Below, piece after piece: positions 11,056-22,688 of a stretch of DNA of 64,000 bases. The DNA is taken from the IMG/VR virus record IMGVR_UViG_3300017698_000118, positions 1-64,000 of that record. One strand, given 5' to 3'. Each line of letters begins with the position of its first letter. The stretch's first letter is position 1. Position numbers and translations under genes: made by a program. The DNA comes from an uncultured virus (IMG/VR IMGVR_UViG_3300017698_000118). Lineage: Duplodnaviria; Heunggongvirae; Uroviricota; Caudoviricetes. The notes beneath the pieces were generated by a model. The model made no database searches, was not told where the DNA came from, and worked only from the letters and a program-made list of their open reading frames with translations.

Positions 11056-13197
11056 TCACTGCACTCTCGGAGGCGTAGGAAGCATTGATTCAATCAATGA
11101 CTTCTTCGTCTGCGAATCCGCTTGTGCAGTAATTTTGTCGATATCACGAGCGTGGGTAGTCCCCGTTTCCTTCTCGATGAAATCCAAATCTTTCATATCA
11201 GCATTACTACCTGCTTCTCTTGCTTTAGCCTGTTTCAAAATAGCATCAGCTTGTTCGGCGGCAGTTTTGGCATCCATAAGATTAAGCTCTTTCTGTAACT
11301 TGAGCAACTCAAGTTGTTGAATAGCTTGTGCCATTGGATCAGGTTCTGGACGATAATTTTCAATATTACGTGCTAGCTCTGGCATATTACGTAAACGAGC
11401 AATCTCTGCACGGATCATTCTTACTTCACCCGGATCAGAGTTAGGCCCAATTGTTTGCAACATAAATGCCAATTCTTGGGCTTTCTGGTTATTTTCCTGA
11501 ACACTATTAATCTTTATCTTCAGATCAATATTACCTAGTAAGTCATCACGACGGACAATAGCAAAATTACCATCAGTCATCCGAATAACTTCTTCTTCAT
11601 CCAGAAGTTCTGCATTCATGGCGTGCCATTGGCGGAACATAGATACCAGACCGTTCGCCAAGCGTCTCAGAATGCCTGCCTCACGCACAGCAGCAGCATC
11701 CAGCACACCTTGTACACCTCTGGCACTGGTCTTGCCCAGAGCATCGCCTGAGAGCCCTCCTGAGAAGGCTTTCGTACCTGTCATGCTCTCAGCTTCAAGG
11801 TTATGCAACTGAACCATGTTATAAGCACTCTGAGGTATCTCAGGATACTGGTGGGTATAAAACATCTCCGAAGGACTACGGCCCGGGTTAAATTCATAAT
11901 CCTGACCTTCCATAAACTTTTTACGGTTAAGGAAATCCAGAGAATCTTTTGACACACCTGTTTGACCGTTAGCACTTCGAGCCATCAAATCAATCATGCC
12001 TCGGGATACCGCACCCACAATGTGCTGATTATCTTCAATCAATACAGCATCAGGTTCGCCGTAAACAGACTCTTTTACAGGTAAGTAATCCACGAAAATA
12101 AATGGGAGCTGTTTATGGGCAAACGGATTTAATTCCAATTTGATCATCAAGTCCCCAGCGAAAGTCGCTTGGATAGGGACAAGTTTATTGTCCCCATTGA
12201 TATCCCAGAAGCCCCAATATTCGTAGATGTAAAACTGCTTACGCGCTTTATCTTCAAATCTAAAGTTATTAGTACGCTTTACTGAACCTGTAGTACGATC
12301 AGTTTCTTCAGGTGCTGCTAAGTCCATTGTCTTGAGCATATCAAGATTACTGTAAGATCCTTCTTTTTCAAGATCAGCAATGCATGTCTCAATACGATGA
12401 ATAACGAAACGTGCTTTCTGTGAATCATTCTTACAGCTGGGATCGACAATGATGTCGTCTGCATTACAGATGTCTACAGTAGGGGAATTTCTTATTACAT
12501 TTACATTAGTAACCTTTTCCACACTAGCAACTACAGGCATCCAGATTCTTTGCTGTTCGTCTTCCATGGTCATCTGGAAAGCTATTTGGTAATGCTCAGG
12601 TACTATTTTTGTAAAATCTTCTGGAGTTTCTTGGTATATACGAGAGAGCTCATCCATTGTGGACATAGCTCTTGGGGTATTGCTTTCCTGATACGTATAG
12701 ACAGGCGCGTCTTCTTCTATTTCTTCTTCTATATAATCCCAACCTGTTTTTAAAATAACAGTGCCTTCATCTACTGACGTTCTGATGTAGGCATCAATAA
12801 ACTTCACACGATCAATTGATTTACGGAATTGGGTATTCAGGACCAACTCTGCCTGCCGAGAAGCGAGTGCATCTTCCGCAGTTACAGGTTCAGTTTTGAT
12901 GATGTTCTCTGAGGTTAAAAAAGGATCACTAAGACTACCGTAACGCCATTCAGCTTGTTTGCGGATAAGCTTCGGCTGGTAGTTGGAAAACCCTTGGCGT
13001 TTCTTTAATTTAGCTTTACCTTCCACATACATAAGATCAAGCCAACCTTGAATACGGTCAACTTGCTCAGTATGTAATTGATCTGAGTTAACTAAGTCAT
13101 TCAGAAGATCTGCAACTGTTGGCGGATTTTCCCAATCCACCATATCCTGAACAATGGCGTCATAATTGCTTTCGGGCAATACTTTCGTGTCATCCAT
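11056..13197 (-). CDS. Portal protein (N4 gp59 family)
   Basis: PKLIRKQAEWRYGSLSDPFL, RGMIDLMARSANGQ and KAQELAFMLQTIGPN motifs. Confidence 0.93.
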   Translation of the reverse strand: MDDTKVLPESNYDAIVQDMVDWENPPTVADLLNDLVNSDQLHTEQVDRIQGWLDLMYVEGKAKLKKRQGFSNYQPKLIRKQAEWRYGSLSDPFLTSENIIKTEPVTAEDALASRQAELVLNTQFRKSIDRVKFIDAYIRTSVDEGTVILKTGWDYIEEEIEEDAPVYTYQESNTPRAMSTMDELSRIYQETPEDFTKIVPEHYQIAFQMTMEDEQQRIWMPVVASVEKVTNVNVIRNSPTVDICNADDIIVDPSCKNDSQKARFVIHRIETCIADLEKEGSYSNLDMLKTMDLAAPEETDRTTGSVKRTNNFRFEDKARKQFYIYEYWGFWDINGDNKLVPIQATFAGDLMIKLELNPFAHKQLPFIFVDYLPVKESVYGEPDAVLIEDNQHIVGAVSRGMIDLMARSANGQTGVSKDSLDFLNRKKFMEGQDYEFNPGRSPSEMFYTHQYPEIPQSAYNMVQLHNLEAESMTGTKAFSGGLSGDALGKTSARGVQGVLDAAAVREAGILRRLANGLVSMFRQWHAMNAELLDEEEVIRMTDGNFAIVRRDDLLGNIDLKIKINSVQENNQKAQELAFMLQTIGPNSDPGEVRMIRAEIARLRNMPELARNIENYRPEPDPMAQAIQQLELLKLQKELNLMDAKTAAEQADAILKQAKAREAGSNADMKDLDFIEKETGTTHARDIDKITAQADSQTKKSLIESMLPTPPRVQ

Positions 13198-13523
13198 CAG
13201 TTCACCTTCAACATCATAACTGCCATTTTTTGTTGTTTGTGGGGTGTTCCGTTCAGACCATCTTCCGTAAAAGAGAGCTTACATCTGATCTCGTGAGTAC
13301 CCCTAGTCTGGGGAGCCAAACGAACAAAGGCTTCGGTCTCAGAGTTAAAATCATCTGAGCCTACTACCTCTGCCGGTAATTCCCACTCCACTTCCACAAG
13401 TGTTTCGTTTTCCTGTGATAACCACTCCTGAAAGTCGATAGAATAGTACTCAGCACTACCCAAGAAACAGTCTGGGAAGTGCTTGCCGTCTACGTCCTCA
13501 TAAGCGTAATCACGATGATTCAT
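13197..13523 (-). CDS. Small virion protein, possible fibre-tail adaptor
   Basis: 108 aa; YSIDFQEWL motif resembles DYxxDWxxWL fibre-adaptor proteins. Confidence 0.45.
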   Translation of the reverse strand: MNHRDYAYEDVDGKHFPDCFLGSAEYYSIDFQEWLSQENETLVEVEWELPAEVVGSDDFNSETEAFVRLAPQTRGTHEIRCKLSFTEDGLNGTPHKQQKMAVMMLKVN

Positions 13524-14017
13524 TATGCTGTAGTCTCGCCTTGGATGGTGAGAGTGGCAGAGTCGTTAGCAGTAGCTTCTGCTCCTGAGTCCACTGTACG
13601 CTTTAGCCAAACAGCAATATACCCACCATTATTTGGGATATTACCTAGAACAACAGCGTCATTAAGGGAAGCTGCCGCAGAGAAGGACACGGCAGTAGGA
13701 GCCACATCTTCTGCTCCTACAATCTGAGCAGAGGTATTAGCACCTGCTGGATCCACACCAATCTCAATATTGGTGTCTGCGCTGCCTGTATTATTGGCAA
13801 TCCAGATAACTGCCTGTAGTAGAGTAATAGAGGCATTAGTGTTTTTCACGTAAATACAACGGTATTCAGTATCACCTGCCGCAGCTTCAGCGCTAGAGAT
13901 ATTATCGAATACATTATTCATCTGTGAACTGACAATCTCAGTACCCGAAATAGGGCCACCAAGACCTACACCAGAACTAGATTTGAATACTTTGATCTCA
14001 CTGGTAGTAATAGGCAT
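13523..14017 (-). CDS. Putative virion structural protein
   Basis: NNVFDNIS..EA.AGDTEYRCIYVKNTN and AVWLKRTV motifs seen in phage tail/head-decoration regions. Confidence 0.5.
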   Translation of the reverse strand: MPITTSEIKVFKSSSGVGLGGPISGTEIVSSQMNNVFDNISSAEAAAGDTEYRCIYVKNTNASITLLQAVIWIANNTGSADTNIEIGVDPAGANTSAQIVGAEDVAPTAVSFSAAASLNDAVVLGNIPNNGGYIAVWLKRTVDSGAEATANDSATLTIQGETTA

Positions 14018-14030
14018 TTTGCTACCCCAT

Positions 14031-14540
14031 TTATCTGAGTTTGGTTGAGTTGCTTCGCAAAGGACTGCGCTTGTTCGCCTTGACTACCATGAGACTTGGT
14101 TTTTCAATGGCGCTTCTTACTACGATATCCTTACTAACTGCGGACTGAATGCTATTTAGTATAACGAAATTCTTGACTAAATCTATCGTAAACGAGTACT
14201 CGATACTAAAGACAGCTCTAAGGGCACCCCCGGAAGCGTAAAACATTTCTACATCTTTTCTCACTACTCCGTCTTGATCATAGACTAGAGAGAAATCTTT
14301 ACTGACTTTACCCCCACTAGCCCATGTAACAGTATTACTTACTGTTACATTATTGACTAATGAGTAGTCCAGCACAAAATCTGAGGACACAGCCTCCGTG
14401 ATACCATGGGTAATCACGAAATCTTTTATCATTGCCCCTGTGTTAGCGTAAACAACAGCAACATTCTTTGTTACTAAGTAACCGTTCCCTACGTCAGAGC
14501 CGTAGGGGATATGATCACCAAATTCGCCTACACCAAACAT
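14031..14540 (-). CDS. Hypothetical protein with ~19-aa beta-rich repeats
   Basis: Repeated V.KDF.L.Y pattern; lies in the structural operon. Confidence 0.5.
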   Translation of the reverse strand: MFGVGEFGDHIPYGSDVGNGYLVTKNVAVVYANTGAMIKDFVITHGITEAVSSDFVLDYSLVNNVTVSNTVTWASGGKVSKDFSLVYDQDGVVRKDVEMFYASGGALRAVFSIEYSFTIDLVKNFVILNSIQSAVSKDIVVRSAIEKPSLMVVKANKRSPLRSNSTKLR

Positions 14541-14543
14541 AGG

Positions 14544-15401
14544 TTAGCTCCAATCAAAGAAACTGCCAGCATCTTTGCCGGGGGTGCCTACAGACTCCGA
14601 CAGATAAAGAGCGGAAACTGCTCCAACCATAGCTGTTCCGCCGTAGTTATCGTTGGCATGGGTACCTACTCTAACTAGCTTACCTATAACTACTGTTCCC
14701 GGTTTAATAGAAATATTGGTAGAGAACTCTTTCAGTTCACATTGCCCTTCCGTGCCCGATAACACGAAATCTTGTACTTGGTTTACAGTAGCGCCTACTG
14801 CTCCATCGATATCAGCAACAACTAGGTCTAGAGAAAATCTTACCGTACCACTCGCTGTACCATCTGCAATGGTTTGTACCTGTATCTTGAGCTCTGAAAC
14901 CAAAGATACGTCATTAGGTACATTAAAGTTAACAGGCATTGCCTTGTCTACGGCTGCGGGGAAGCCTGGAACTTTAATACCTGACCCAGCTTTAACCTCA
15001 TACTGAATAGTACCATCTGGGCTGTACGTATCGTTGTAGGCACCCACGTTGGAGAAAATACGTTTCCACACAGGAGAGTGGAATACCATCGACTCTGCTG
15101 ATGGGGAAGAAGACACAACAGCATTTGTTGTCAATACCAGAGGAACCAAAGGGTACTCTTCATAGGTTCCGTCCGTTAAGGTCATAAATACCGTATCACG
15201 GGTAATAGTACCCGCGCCGCTATCAAAAGTACCTAAACCTACTTCCCGGTTGTTGCCGTCTCGCACTGAATAAAATACTTCATCCGACATAGCAAATGCT
15301 TGAGCAAAGGAAACAAATCCTGGTATTAGAGACCCTAATGTAATATCCCCTGTGCCTGTGCTAGATACTTTTTGGTTAATTACATTTTTTAATTTAGGCA
15401 T
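14544..15401 (-). CDS. Putative tail/head fibre protein
   Basis: N-terminus SSTGTGDITLG...GFVSFA...NREVGLGTF is a common phage fibre anchor domain. Confidence 0.55.
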   Translation of the reverse strand: MPKLKNVINQKVSSTGTGDITLGSLIPGFVSFAQAFAMSDEVFYSVRDGNNREVGLGTFDSGAGTITRDTVFMTLTDGTYEEYPLVPLVLTTNAVVSSSPSAESMVFHSPVWKRIFSNVGAYNDTYSPDGTIQYEVKAGSGIKVPGFPAAVDKAMPVNFNVPNDVSLVSELKIQVQTIADGTASGTVRFSLDLVVADIDGAVGATVNQVQDFVLSGTEGQCELKEFSTNISIKPGTVVIGKLVRVGTHANDNYGGTAMVGAVSALYLSESVGTPGKDAGSFFDWS

Positions 15402-15512
15402 AATAAATATCTCTATCGATTAAACACTCTACTATTACCCGTCCGGCCCTTAAATCTACGGAAATTAATTGTAACTCTTGCGCCATCTCGGCTCTCGTGC
15501 CGTAGTCGTCCA

Positions 15513-17831
15513 TTAGCCGCTAACCTCGACCAGCGTGCATCGCGCAACCCAGCTCACTGTCTTCCCTGCCTCCCCAGTTACCTGTATTGTAGCGCCGCCC
15601 GAGCTGCTGTTTGCTATGACATTAACATCCCATGCCGCCGTATCCTCGGCTATGACTGTAACAACAGGGGTGCCCACCATCGCCGTTGTTGCTGCAGAAC
15701 CATTGCGATCTATACAGCCTTCAATTTTATACGCTCCAGATTCATCATCTGCATCAGCCCGGCGAGCAACGATCATAATAGAAAAACAAAATGTGCTATC
15801 GTTTGGGAGTTCTATTACGCCCATGCTAGCAAGTGTCTCGTCCGTAGTCTGCACTCGCCGTACTACTACAGAAGTTTGAGCGTCACCGGGGGTAGTAAAC
15901 TTACCGTCAGCAATCGTGTCTCCAGACTGATGCCGTGCGTTCGCCTCGTAACCGTGTCCTCTGGCATACGGAGCAGATGCAACAGTTCCTCGTCCACCAG
16001 TAACCGTGCAGTAATCTGCTGAAGCCGTATTGCCTCTACCGCTTAATACCCCCGGCGCATTACTCGGCCCCACAATGACATTATCAAGCCCGCCTCCAAT
16101 GACCGCATAACTAGGCTCTGCACCCTTCACGCCGATAGTACAGTTGTAGCCACCAGCAGTGCTATTATAAGAACCGTAAGACGAGTTGTACCCGCCGCCA
16201 GAAATAGTATTGCCCGCTGGATTAGTTAAAGAGTCAATCTCGTTGTACCGGCCCCCACCGATAGTATTTATCTGCCCCATCCCAACATCACCTAGCTTGA
16301 TGTCGTTATTTCCCCCGCCTGATATTGTAGAAAAATTACCAGCAGCTGAGTTCCCTTGCCCGCCCGCGCATGTTGCACTATCACCGTCTGTTAAGTTATT
16401 CAGCCCACCCCCTATAGCTGAATTTCCGCCATGCACATAGTTGCCGCGCCCTCCTGCAATTACTGAGTGCGTCGAGACCACAGCGGTCACGCCATCAACT
16501 CGCAATTTTTTAATTCTATTCAATGTGCCGCCTGAGATTAGCGAATACTCTCCCCGCTCAATCTCATTGTACGACCCGCCGCCGATGGTATTGTGTGTCG
16601 TGTTGTCCTCATCGCCGTGTAACCGGTGGTGTGCGCCGCCGCTAATAGTGCCGGCAATACAGTCGATAATGTTATCGTAACCGCCGCTAATGATGGCATA
16701 ACTGGCATCACTCCCAGCAAACGAGCCGATTACGTTAGGAAAGCCAGAGTGGCCACCGTGCGCGATGTAAGACATTCTTACATCGGATGCGATACTAGCG
16801 TAAGCAGATACCGGCTTTACGTTAGTGGCCCCCACCGCGACCCCATCATCATCCGTGCGCCTGTGCGTAGTTTTAGCTAACAGGAACACGCCGTCGGCTG
16901 ACTCTATAACATCCTCCCCGTCATCAGTTCCGCTATACGAAGTGTCCGCCTCATACACGACCCCGCGTGATGCGTCTATGATTGTTTGTCCGTTCTTGAT
17001 GCCAGAAAGCCCGCGTAACTCTGCGATAGTGTCAACGTACCTGACGCTTTTATGTACTAGCTCCACCCATTCAGATAATGTATTTTCTGTACCGCTGCTA
17101 CTAGACTCCACCAGCCAAGTAGCAGGATCAGGCTGGGAAGATACCAGTACATAGGTATCGTCATAGGCTCTGTAGAAATAGATAGCTAATGAGGGAGTAG
17201 TCGTATCCACCCAGATAGGATTGACTGTTGGATCGGTAGGCTCTGCTACACCAAAATGGATCTGATCACTGAATCCTGCCCCCAATAAAGCAGTGACCTG
17301 AGCTAAGTTAGTCGCATCTTCCCCATCGACTGCGGTTCCCACACCGCTTATTTTATTGCCCTGCATTTGCAGATCTTGAGTAAACATGTGCGAAGGAGTT
17401 CTAACCCAGCCGTTGAAGTTATTCACTCCATCGTGATTAGTAACTTCTGAGGCTACAAACTTAAAAAATCCACCATCAGCGGTGTCAGGGATATGTACTA
17501 TCAGCCCTTCTACTCCAATTGAATCAACGAGATTAGCAGTGGTGCTATCTACTCCTGCCCAAGCTAATGAGCCTACATTGTTGGTATAGATTCTCTTCCA
17601 GCAGCCAGTATCACTTGCTAATCGGGTAACGTCTGCTGAATAGATTGTCATATTATTGTGGTTATCTTGCGTCAATGTAGCATCATAAACAAAAATACCC
17701 CCACCAGACCCCCCCACAACAATAGCACCCTCTCTTTCTTCTACTGGGATAGAAGGGATGTCTCCAATACTAGCCACAACAAAATTGTCATTACTATTGA
17801 ATGCACTTTTTTGTACGCCTTTGATTCCCAT
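15513..17831 (-). CDS. Tail fibre/receptor-binding protein 3
   Basis: 772 aa, many ISGGxxN repeats (beta-helix/solenoid), N-terminus paralogous to the next fibre gene. Confidence 0.8.
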   Translation of the reverse strand: MGIKGVQKSAFNSNDNFVVASIGDIPSIPVEEREGAIVVGGSGGGIFVYDATLTQDNHNNMTIYSADVTRLASDTGCWKRIYTNNVGSLAWAGVDSTTANLVDSIGVEGLIVHIPDTADGGFFKFVASEVTNHDGVNNFNGWVRTPSHMFTQDLQMQGNKISGVGTAVDGEDATNLAQVTALLGAGFSDQIHFGVAEPTDPTVNPIWVDTTTPSLAIYFYRAYDDTYVLVSSQPDPATWLVESSSSGTENTLSEWVELVHKSVRYVDTIAELRGLSGIKNGQTIIDASRGVVYEADTSYSGTDDGEDVIESADGVFLLAKTTHRRTDDDGVAVGATNVKPVSAYASIASDVRMSYIAHGGHSGFPNVIGSFAGSDASYAIISGGYDNIIDCIAGTISGGAHHRLHGDEDNTTHNTIGGGSYNEIERGEYSLISGGTLNRIKKLRVDGVTAVVSTHSVIAGGRGNYVHGGNSAIGGGLNNLTDGDSATCAGGQGNSAAGNFSTISGGGNNDIKLGDVGMGQINTIGGGRYNEIDSLTNPAGNTISGGGYNSSYGSYNSTAGGYNCTIGVKGAEPSYAVIGGGLDNVIVGPSNAPGVLSGRGNTASADYCTVTGGRGTVASAPYARGHGYEANARHQSGDTIADGKFTTPGDAQTSVVVRRVQTTDETLASMGVIELPNDSTFCFSIMIVARRADADDESGAYKIEGCIDRNGSAATTAMVGTPVVTVIAEDTAAWDVNVIANSSSGGATIQVTGEAGKTVSWVARCTLVEVSG

Positions 17832-17913
17832 AATATGGCCTCACTGAATAACTAGATGTAATTAGTACTTTTTAGTGCAATTAAAACAAACTTAGTATTG
17901 CCGTATCCGCCCA

Positions 17914-20390
17914 TTACGAGCCCACTTCATGCAGCTCAAGCTCGGCAAACCACTCAGTAGGTACTGTGCCGGTAGTGCGTGGGCTGAAGGTAACTTTAGC
18001 GACATTTGTGCCAGAAAGGTCTAGTGATGCGGCTATGTCACCCATCCCAGTATCTACAAACGACTCCGTGACCGGCGTACCAATAAGATACTGCGAACCA
18101 TTATCAGTCCTAAATGCACCATGCTCAGTGAACACGGCCCCTTCTGCGTTTGACCCACGAGCTGTCACAGTGAGTCGGTACATAAATGTTTTATGTGCCT
18201 CAAGTACCACAGTTGTCTGCCCGTCTATAAGCTCCCCGCTAACTGCGGTAGTGTCAGTCGTGCTGGCCTCAAATAACGTCCGCGTTACCTGCTTTCTACC
18301 AGGACGAACAGAATCAGAGACGGAGTGGATTGTTTGCCCTGATGCTCTGGACTTACCCGCCTTACCGCTGATCGCAGAGCAGTAGCTGTGGTAAATCTGC
18401 GCGTCCTGCGTTGCCGCCACAAAGTTGTAACTACCTACAACGGTATTATCACGGCCTTGTACGAAACTAAACCCACCACCAGCAATACTATTGTTAAGAC
18501 CAAACCCAGTCGAATACTGTGAGCCTATGTCTAAGGACTCACCAAACGCTGCCGATCCCGCTCCGTTAATGGTAATATTACGCCCTGCCGCAGTAGCCCC
18601 GTTGCCCACTACTTCGACGTTAGCGCCGNTGAATATGCCGCTACATACCCCGTCTACATCCCCATAAATCCCGCCGATGACTGAGGAGCCAGTATTAGAT
18701 GTTCCGTGGATCTTAGAGCTTGAGCCACCTAGAATGATACCGTAAGAGCCTGCAGAAATTCGATGGTATGACCCACCAAATATACTGTTATGATCTCCCC
18801 CGACGATACGTTGGTGAGCTCCTGAGCACTGACTCATTAAACGATTCACGATGTTATCGTAACCGCCGTAGATCGTGCTGTAGTCCGCACCACTGCCCAC
18901 CAGTGGTACTTTCTTACCGTGAATCCGCAGTCCCTCGTCAGCCGTCAGCTCAGTTCCGCCGGTGTACGTGTTAGTACCCGATTCCGGGTAAGTTATTGTC
19001 GCACTTGCCGTTCCCTCGCCCACTAGAGTGAAGTTAGTTACATTGATAACAACGCCATCGGCTCGAACAAACTGGACTTTAAGATCAGATGAAGAGTCAA
19101 CTTCATAGGGGAAAACGAACTCAACATTAGATCCGTCCCCAGCGTACTCTTCGTAGGGCTGGTCCCAGCCTATGAAGTTCTGATTATAAACATTGCCGCC
19201 GCCAGAGATAGTAGCAGCAGAAATATCAGTGACGATATTGTTTACTTCAGGATTAGCTGTAATGTTATCGCCGCTGACCCCATCTTCACGAATAAATGCC
19301 CCTGTAAACTTCGCTCGCTTACCATCAGCAAGCTCAAAATAGACTCGCCCATCGTCTGCTTGACTCCCATTGATGACAGTAACAAAGAAGCCCATTCCGT
19401 CTGTTGCTGACTCTCTGCCACCAACAAAAATTAGTTGACCGTCACCCATACCCGTCAACGCCTGAAGCTCGCTTACGTTAGCGACGTATTGAATGTAATC
19501 CTCATTGATGCTTACTACTTCACCAATACCCAGTACAGAAATTTCTTTATCTGAACTGTAAGTATTGGTGAAGACCAATTCTTGGGTACCCATGTTTACG
19601 TCATAATCTGTTTCAGCAGTGAGTACTGACCCATCTACCGTCACGATGTAGTTCTCTGCTCTTGTTGATGTAGCTCCAGAGATGGGGTAAGTGTTACCGC
19701 CATCTCCGTTGAATGCCCAATAGCGGGTAGTGGAGGCTAGGCTACCCACTGCAACCAGCTTCCACGTCAGCGTACCCGCCTCGTCTGTGTAGACGTAAAG
19801 AGGTAGGCTGTCTTGAGAAGAGTCGAGCCACAGAGCGTTCTCTGGCGCGTTAGTAGGAGTACTGTCCTGAACGTAGAAAACAGCCTTATCAACAATCCCT
19901 GCAATCAACTGGGCATAAGCTACAGCATCGCTGTTAGCTGTAGCGTTCAGCAGTCCAGTGATCTTGTTGCCTTGCATCTGGATAGTATCAGTGAAGTGAT
20001 GATCTTGAGTTCTGACCCAACCATTAAAGTTGTTGGTGCCATCGTGATCACCTACTAGGGCACTATCAAACCGGAATACCTCTTTCAGAGTACCCTCAGA
20101 GATGCGTACCTGCATCCCATTAACGCCATATTCTTCGAGTAGGTTGTTTACGGAGGTATCGTTAGACCCCGCCCACTCCAAGGTACCTAAGCCAAGTGCA
20201 GCAATTCTGATCCAACAGCCTTCATCAGTAGCTTCTTGGGTAGCACTTCCAGAGAATATAGTCACATTATTGTGGTTATTCTGAGTCATAGTAGCGTTGT
20301 AGTTGAATACCCNGGGATGTCTCCCAGAGTGTCTACAACAAAGTTATCACCAGTGTTGAAGGCACTCTTCTGTACACGCTTAACTGACAT
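17914..20390 (-). CDS. Tail fibre/receptor-binding protein 2 (start extended across the N gap at 20312)
   Basis: ATG at 20390 gives MSVKRVQKSAFNTGDNFVVDTLGDIP, matching fibre 3's MGIKGVQKSAFNSNDNFVVASIGDIP. The frame is broken at the N and continues as the 791-aa ORF with GGxxN repeats. Confidence 0.75.
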
Positions 20391-20401
20391 ATTGTATCCC
20401 C

Positions 20402-21946
20402 TTACGCCATTAGATCTTTGATTGTGGCGCTGCCTGCACCAGTGACGGAAGTGGATCCAAACGAGTACATAACAGCAGAAGTGTAATCGTTAGCCAACTT
20501 ATACACGCCAGATACTACTTCTACCGGGTAATTCTGGTTCTCCATCGCAATGAAACTGTTATCTGCGAAATCCCCCCCAGAGCTGTCTGCACCAAAGTGA
20601 TCAGATGTCAGCTTGTTATTATCCATACGGATCCAGCACCCAGGTGTGCCTGAAGCAGGCGCAGTAAACCATGCTGCGCCGCCTGGAGAAGCGATAACAA
20701 GAGGCGATACCACTGTTACTCCATTATGGTCAGCAGAATCTACATTGTCGTCCCAAACAAACATACCGCTACCTTGGGAACTGTTTTCATAGAACCCGTC
20801 TACAATCACACGATCATCAGGCAATCCTACACAGAATCTTAATGCACCAATGCCCTGCATTGTGGAGTTAAACCACTCAGGTTTAATCAACCCTTCGTAT
20901 TGGCGCATCCAACAGCCGTTACCAGCAGAGTTGCCTTGGCTTGCCAGATCCTGAGAAGGATCGATTGCAGTTACTCCATTAGCCTTAGTCTTCTCGAAGG
21001 TACCATCAAAGACGAACATACCGCCTGAGCCATCACCGATGGTGTAACCGCCTTTAACCAAAATCACTCTATCCGTGCTGCCGTCTACTAACTCTTGGTT
21101 GTCGTAGAACGAGCTTAGTAGAGGGAGGGTAAGTGCATCACTGGTAGGCGAAGGTACATTGGTTACTACTGAGCCTTGTAGGAAAGTAATCACATCTCCG
21201 GGAGAGGCAGGGGCTGCCAATGTAATGGAGTTGTTCATATTCTTGGTGTAGTCCAGATTACTGGTCAGGAATCTGCCATTCAGGAAAACCTGAATATCTA
21301 GAGGACTCTCGGTGGAAGAGATACCCCCCGGCATAGGAACCACATACTGATCAGTAGTCTCGGCAACGTAGTAACGCTCTGTTACTTGGATCAAAGGTGC
21401 AACAGTGTTCACTGAAGTACCCGAAACCACTACGACCTCTTCCCCAATCTGAAGGTGAGAACCAGTAAAGGTAATCTGGTTATCAGCAGTAACTGTGTAT
21501 GCGCCTTCCGCAGGATCTACGTCAGTGCTGTACTGGTAAGCAGTACTCACAAAGACCATGTTACCCCCACTTACTGTGGAGATAAGATCAGGGAAAGTGA
21601 TAACAGTATCCGATCCAACGATATCCCCAGCAGCGACAACATGCTTTTGGATATGTGTCTCAGTATTGGCTGCACTGACCCAGGAGCCGCTGACATAGTA
21701 ATACACCACCTTATCGGTAGTATGCATGAAGTAATCGCCATCTTGTAAAAGATCACCATTAGGCCGTTCCGTGGGTACCGTATCCAATACACCAAGGTAA
21801 CGATCTGCTAACTCTTCTACGCTCGCTTGCAGCGAAAGGAGCGCCGGAAGATTATCGTAAATAGCTGCCAGCTTGTCATACTCCGTGCCAACAAATTTCT
21901 CGATCATCTTCTGAATATTCACTGGATCTCTGGTGGTTATCGCCAT
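20402..21946 (-). CDS. Tail fibre/appendage protein 1 (N4 gp66-position)
   Basis: Two copies of G.GMFV.D....NGVT....GCW.R tailspike head modules; next to the gp67-like gene. Confidence 0.7.
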   Translation of the reverse strand: MAITTRDPVNIQKMIEKFVGTEYDKLAAIYDNLPALLSLQASVEELADRYLGVLDTVPTERPNGDLLQDGDYFMHTTDKVVYYYVSGSWVSAANTETHIQKHVVAAGDIVGSDTVITFPDLISTVSGGNMVFVSTAYQYSTDVDPAEGAYTVTADNQITFTGSHLQIGEEVVVVSGTSVNTVAPLIQVTERYYVAETTDQYVVPMPGGISSTESPLDIQVFLNGRFLTSNLDYTKNMNNSITLAAPASPGDVITFLQGSVVTNVPSPTSDALTLPLLSSFYDNQELVDGSTDRVILVKGGYTIGDGSGGMFVFDGTFEKTKANGVTAIDPSQDLASQGNSAGNGCWMRQYEGLIKPEWFNSTMQGIGALRFCVGLPDDRVIVDGFYENSSQGSGMFVWDDNVDSADHNGVTVVSPLVIASPGGAAWFTAPASGTPGCWIRMDNNKLTSDHFGADSSGGDFADNSFIAMENQNYPVEVVSGVYKLANDYTSAVMYSFGSTSVTGAGSATIKDLMA

Positions 21947-22644
21947 CCTCGTAGCTCCAATTTCATATTTGTGTGAACTTCCGCTTGGTTCAAGCCATTC
22001 GATTTCAGGTCAATAACGCCTGCTTCAAAACGAGATAATAAATTGGCCCCTGTAGATTCCTTTTCTACTGAGCCACTGGACATAAGATAACGTCCAGCAA
22101 TGTGCATCAAGAGCAGTTCCATATAAGCAGGAGACACATTGATCTTCTGGTTAGGAACGTCCTCTCCTTTGCTATTCAGAGGTAGATGATCCGCCCTGTA
22201 GATAATGTTCATCGCATTCTCATTCCGAGGGTACGCGATTTCTACTACATTATACTCAGGAGTAAACAAGGAGTAACCTGCCCCATTATCATTTAATGGG
22301 TATTCGTCACCTATCTCTGAGAAAACTTGTTCGATCTTCAGAAGCGAGCCGCCCTCAAAGGGCTCATAGCTCGTGTCCATGATGTACTTGATGGGACCGG
22401 GGGTAGAGTCAGTTTGTCTATGTTCATTGGTCAAAGAGTACCGGGAAATGTACCCATACTGTTGAACCATGACACTGCTGCTACGAAGTAGGAATTTCTT
22501 ATGTAGGGCGGTGAGAGCCAGTTTTACAAAAGGCATGACCCGGGGATAATCCGCAGGCTGAATTCCTTCGCCGTCGTCATTACCGACGCCGTACTTACGG
22601 AACTCGCCATAGGATAATTGCTCGAAAAGATCTTTGACTAGCAT
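21937..22644 (-). CDS. N4 gp67-like head-tail adaptor
   Basis: LFEQLSYGE and LALTALHKKFLL motifs; directly downstream of terminase. Confidence 0.75.
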   Translation of the reverse strand: MLVKDLFEQLSYGEFRKYGVGNDDGEGIQPADYPRVMPFVKLALTALHKKFLLRSSSVMVQQYGYISRYSLTNEHRQTDSTPGPIKYIMDTSYEPFEGGSLLKIEQVFSEIGDEYPLNDNGAGYSLFTPEYNVVEIAYPRNENAMNIIYRADHLPLNSKGEDVPNQKINVSPAYMELLLMHIAGRYLMSSGSVEKESTGANLLSRFEAGVIDLKSNGLNQAEVHTNMKLELRGWR

Positions 22645-22688
22645 TAGCGAAGATCCAAAAGTAAGGAATTTCGCCTAATATAGCTGGA

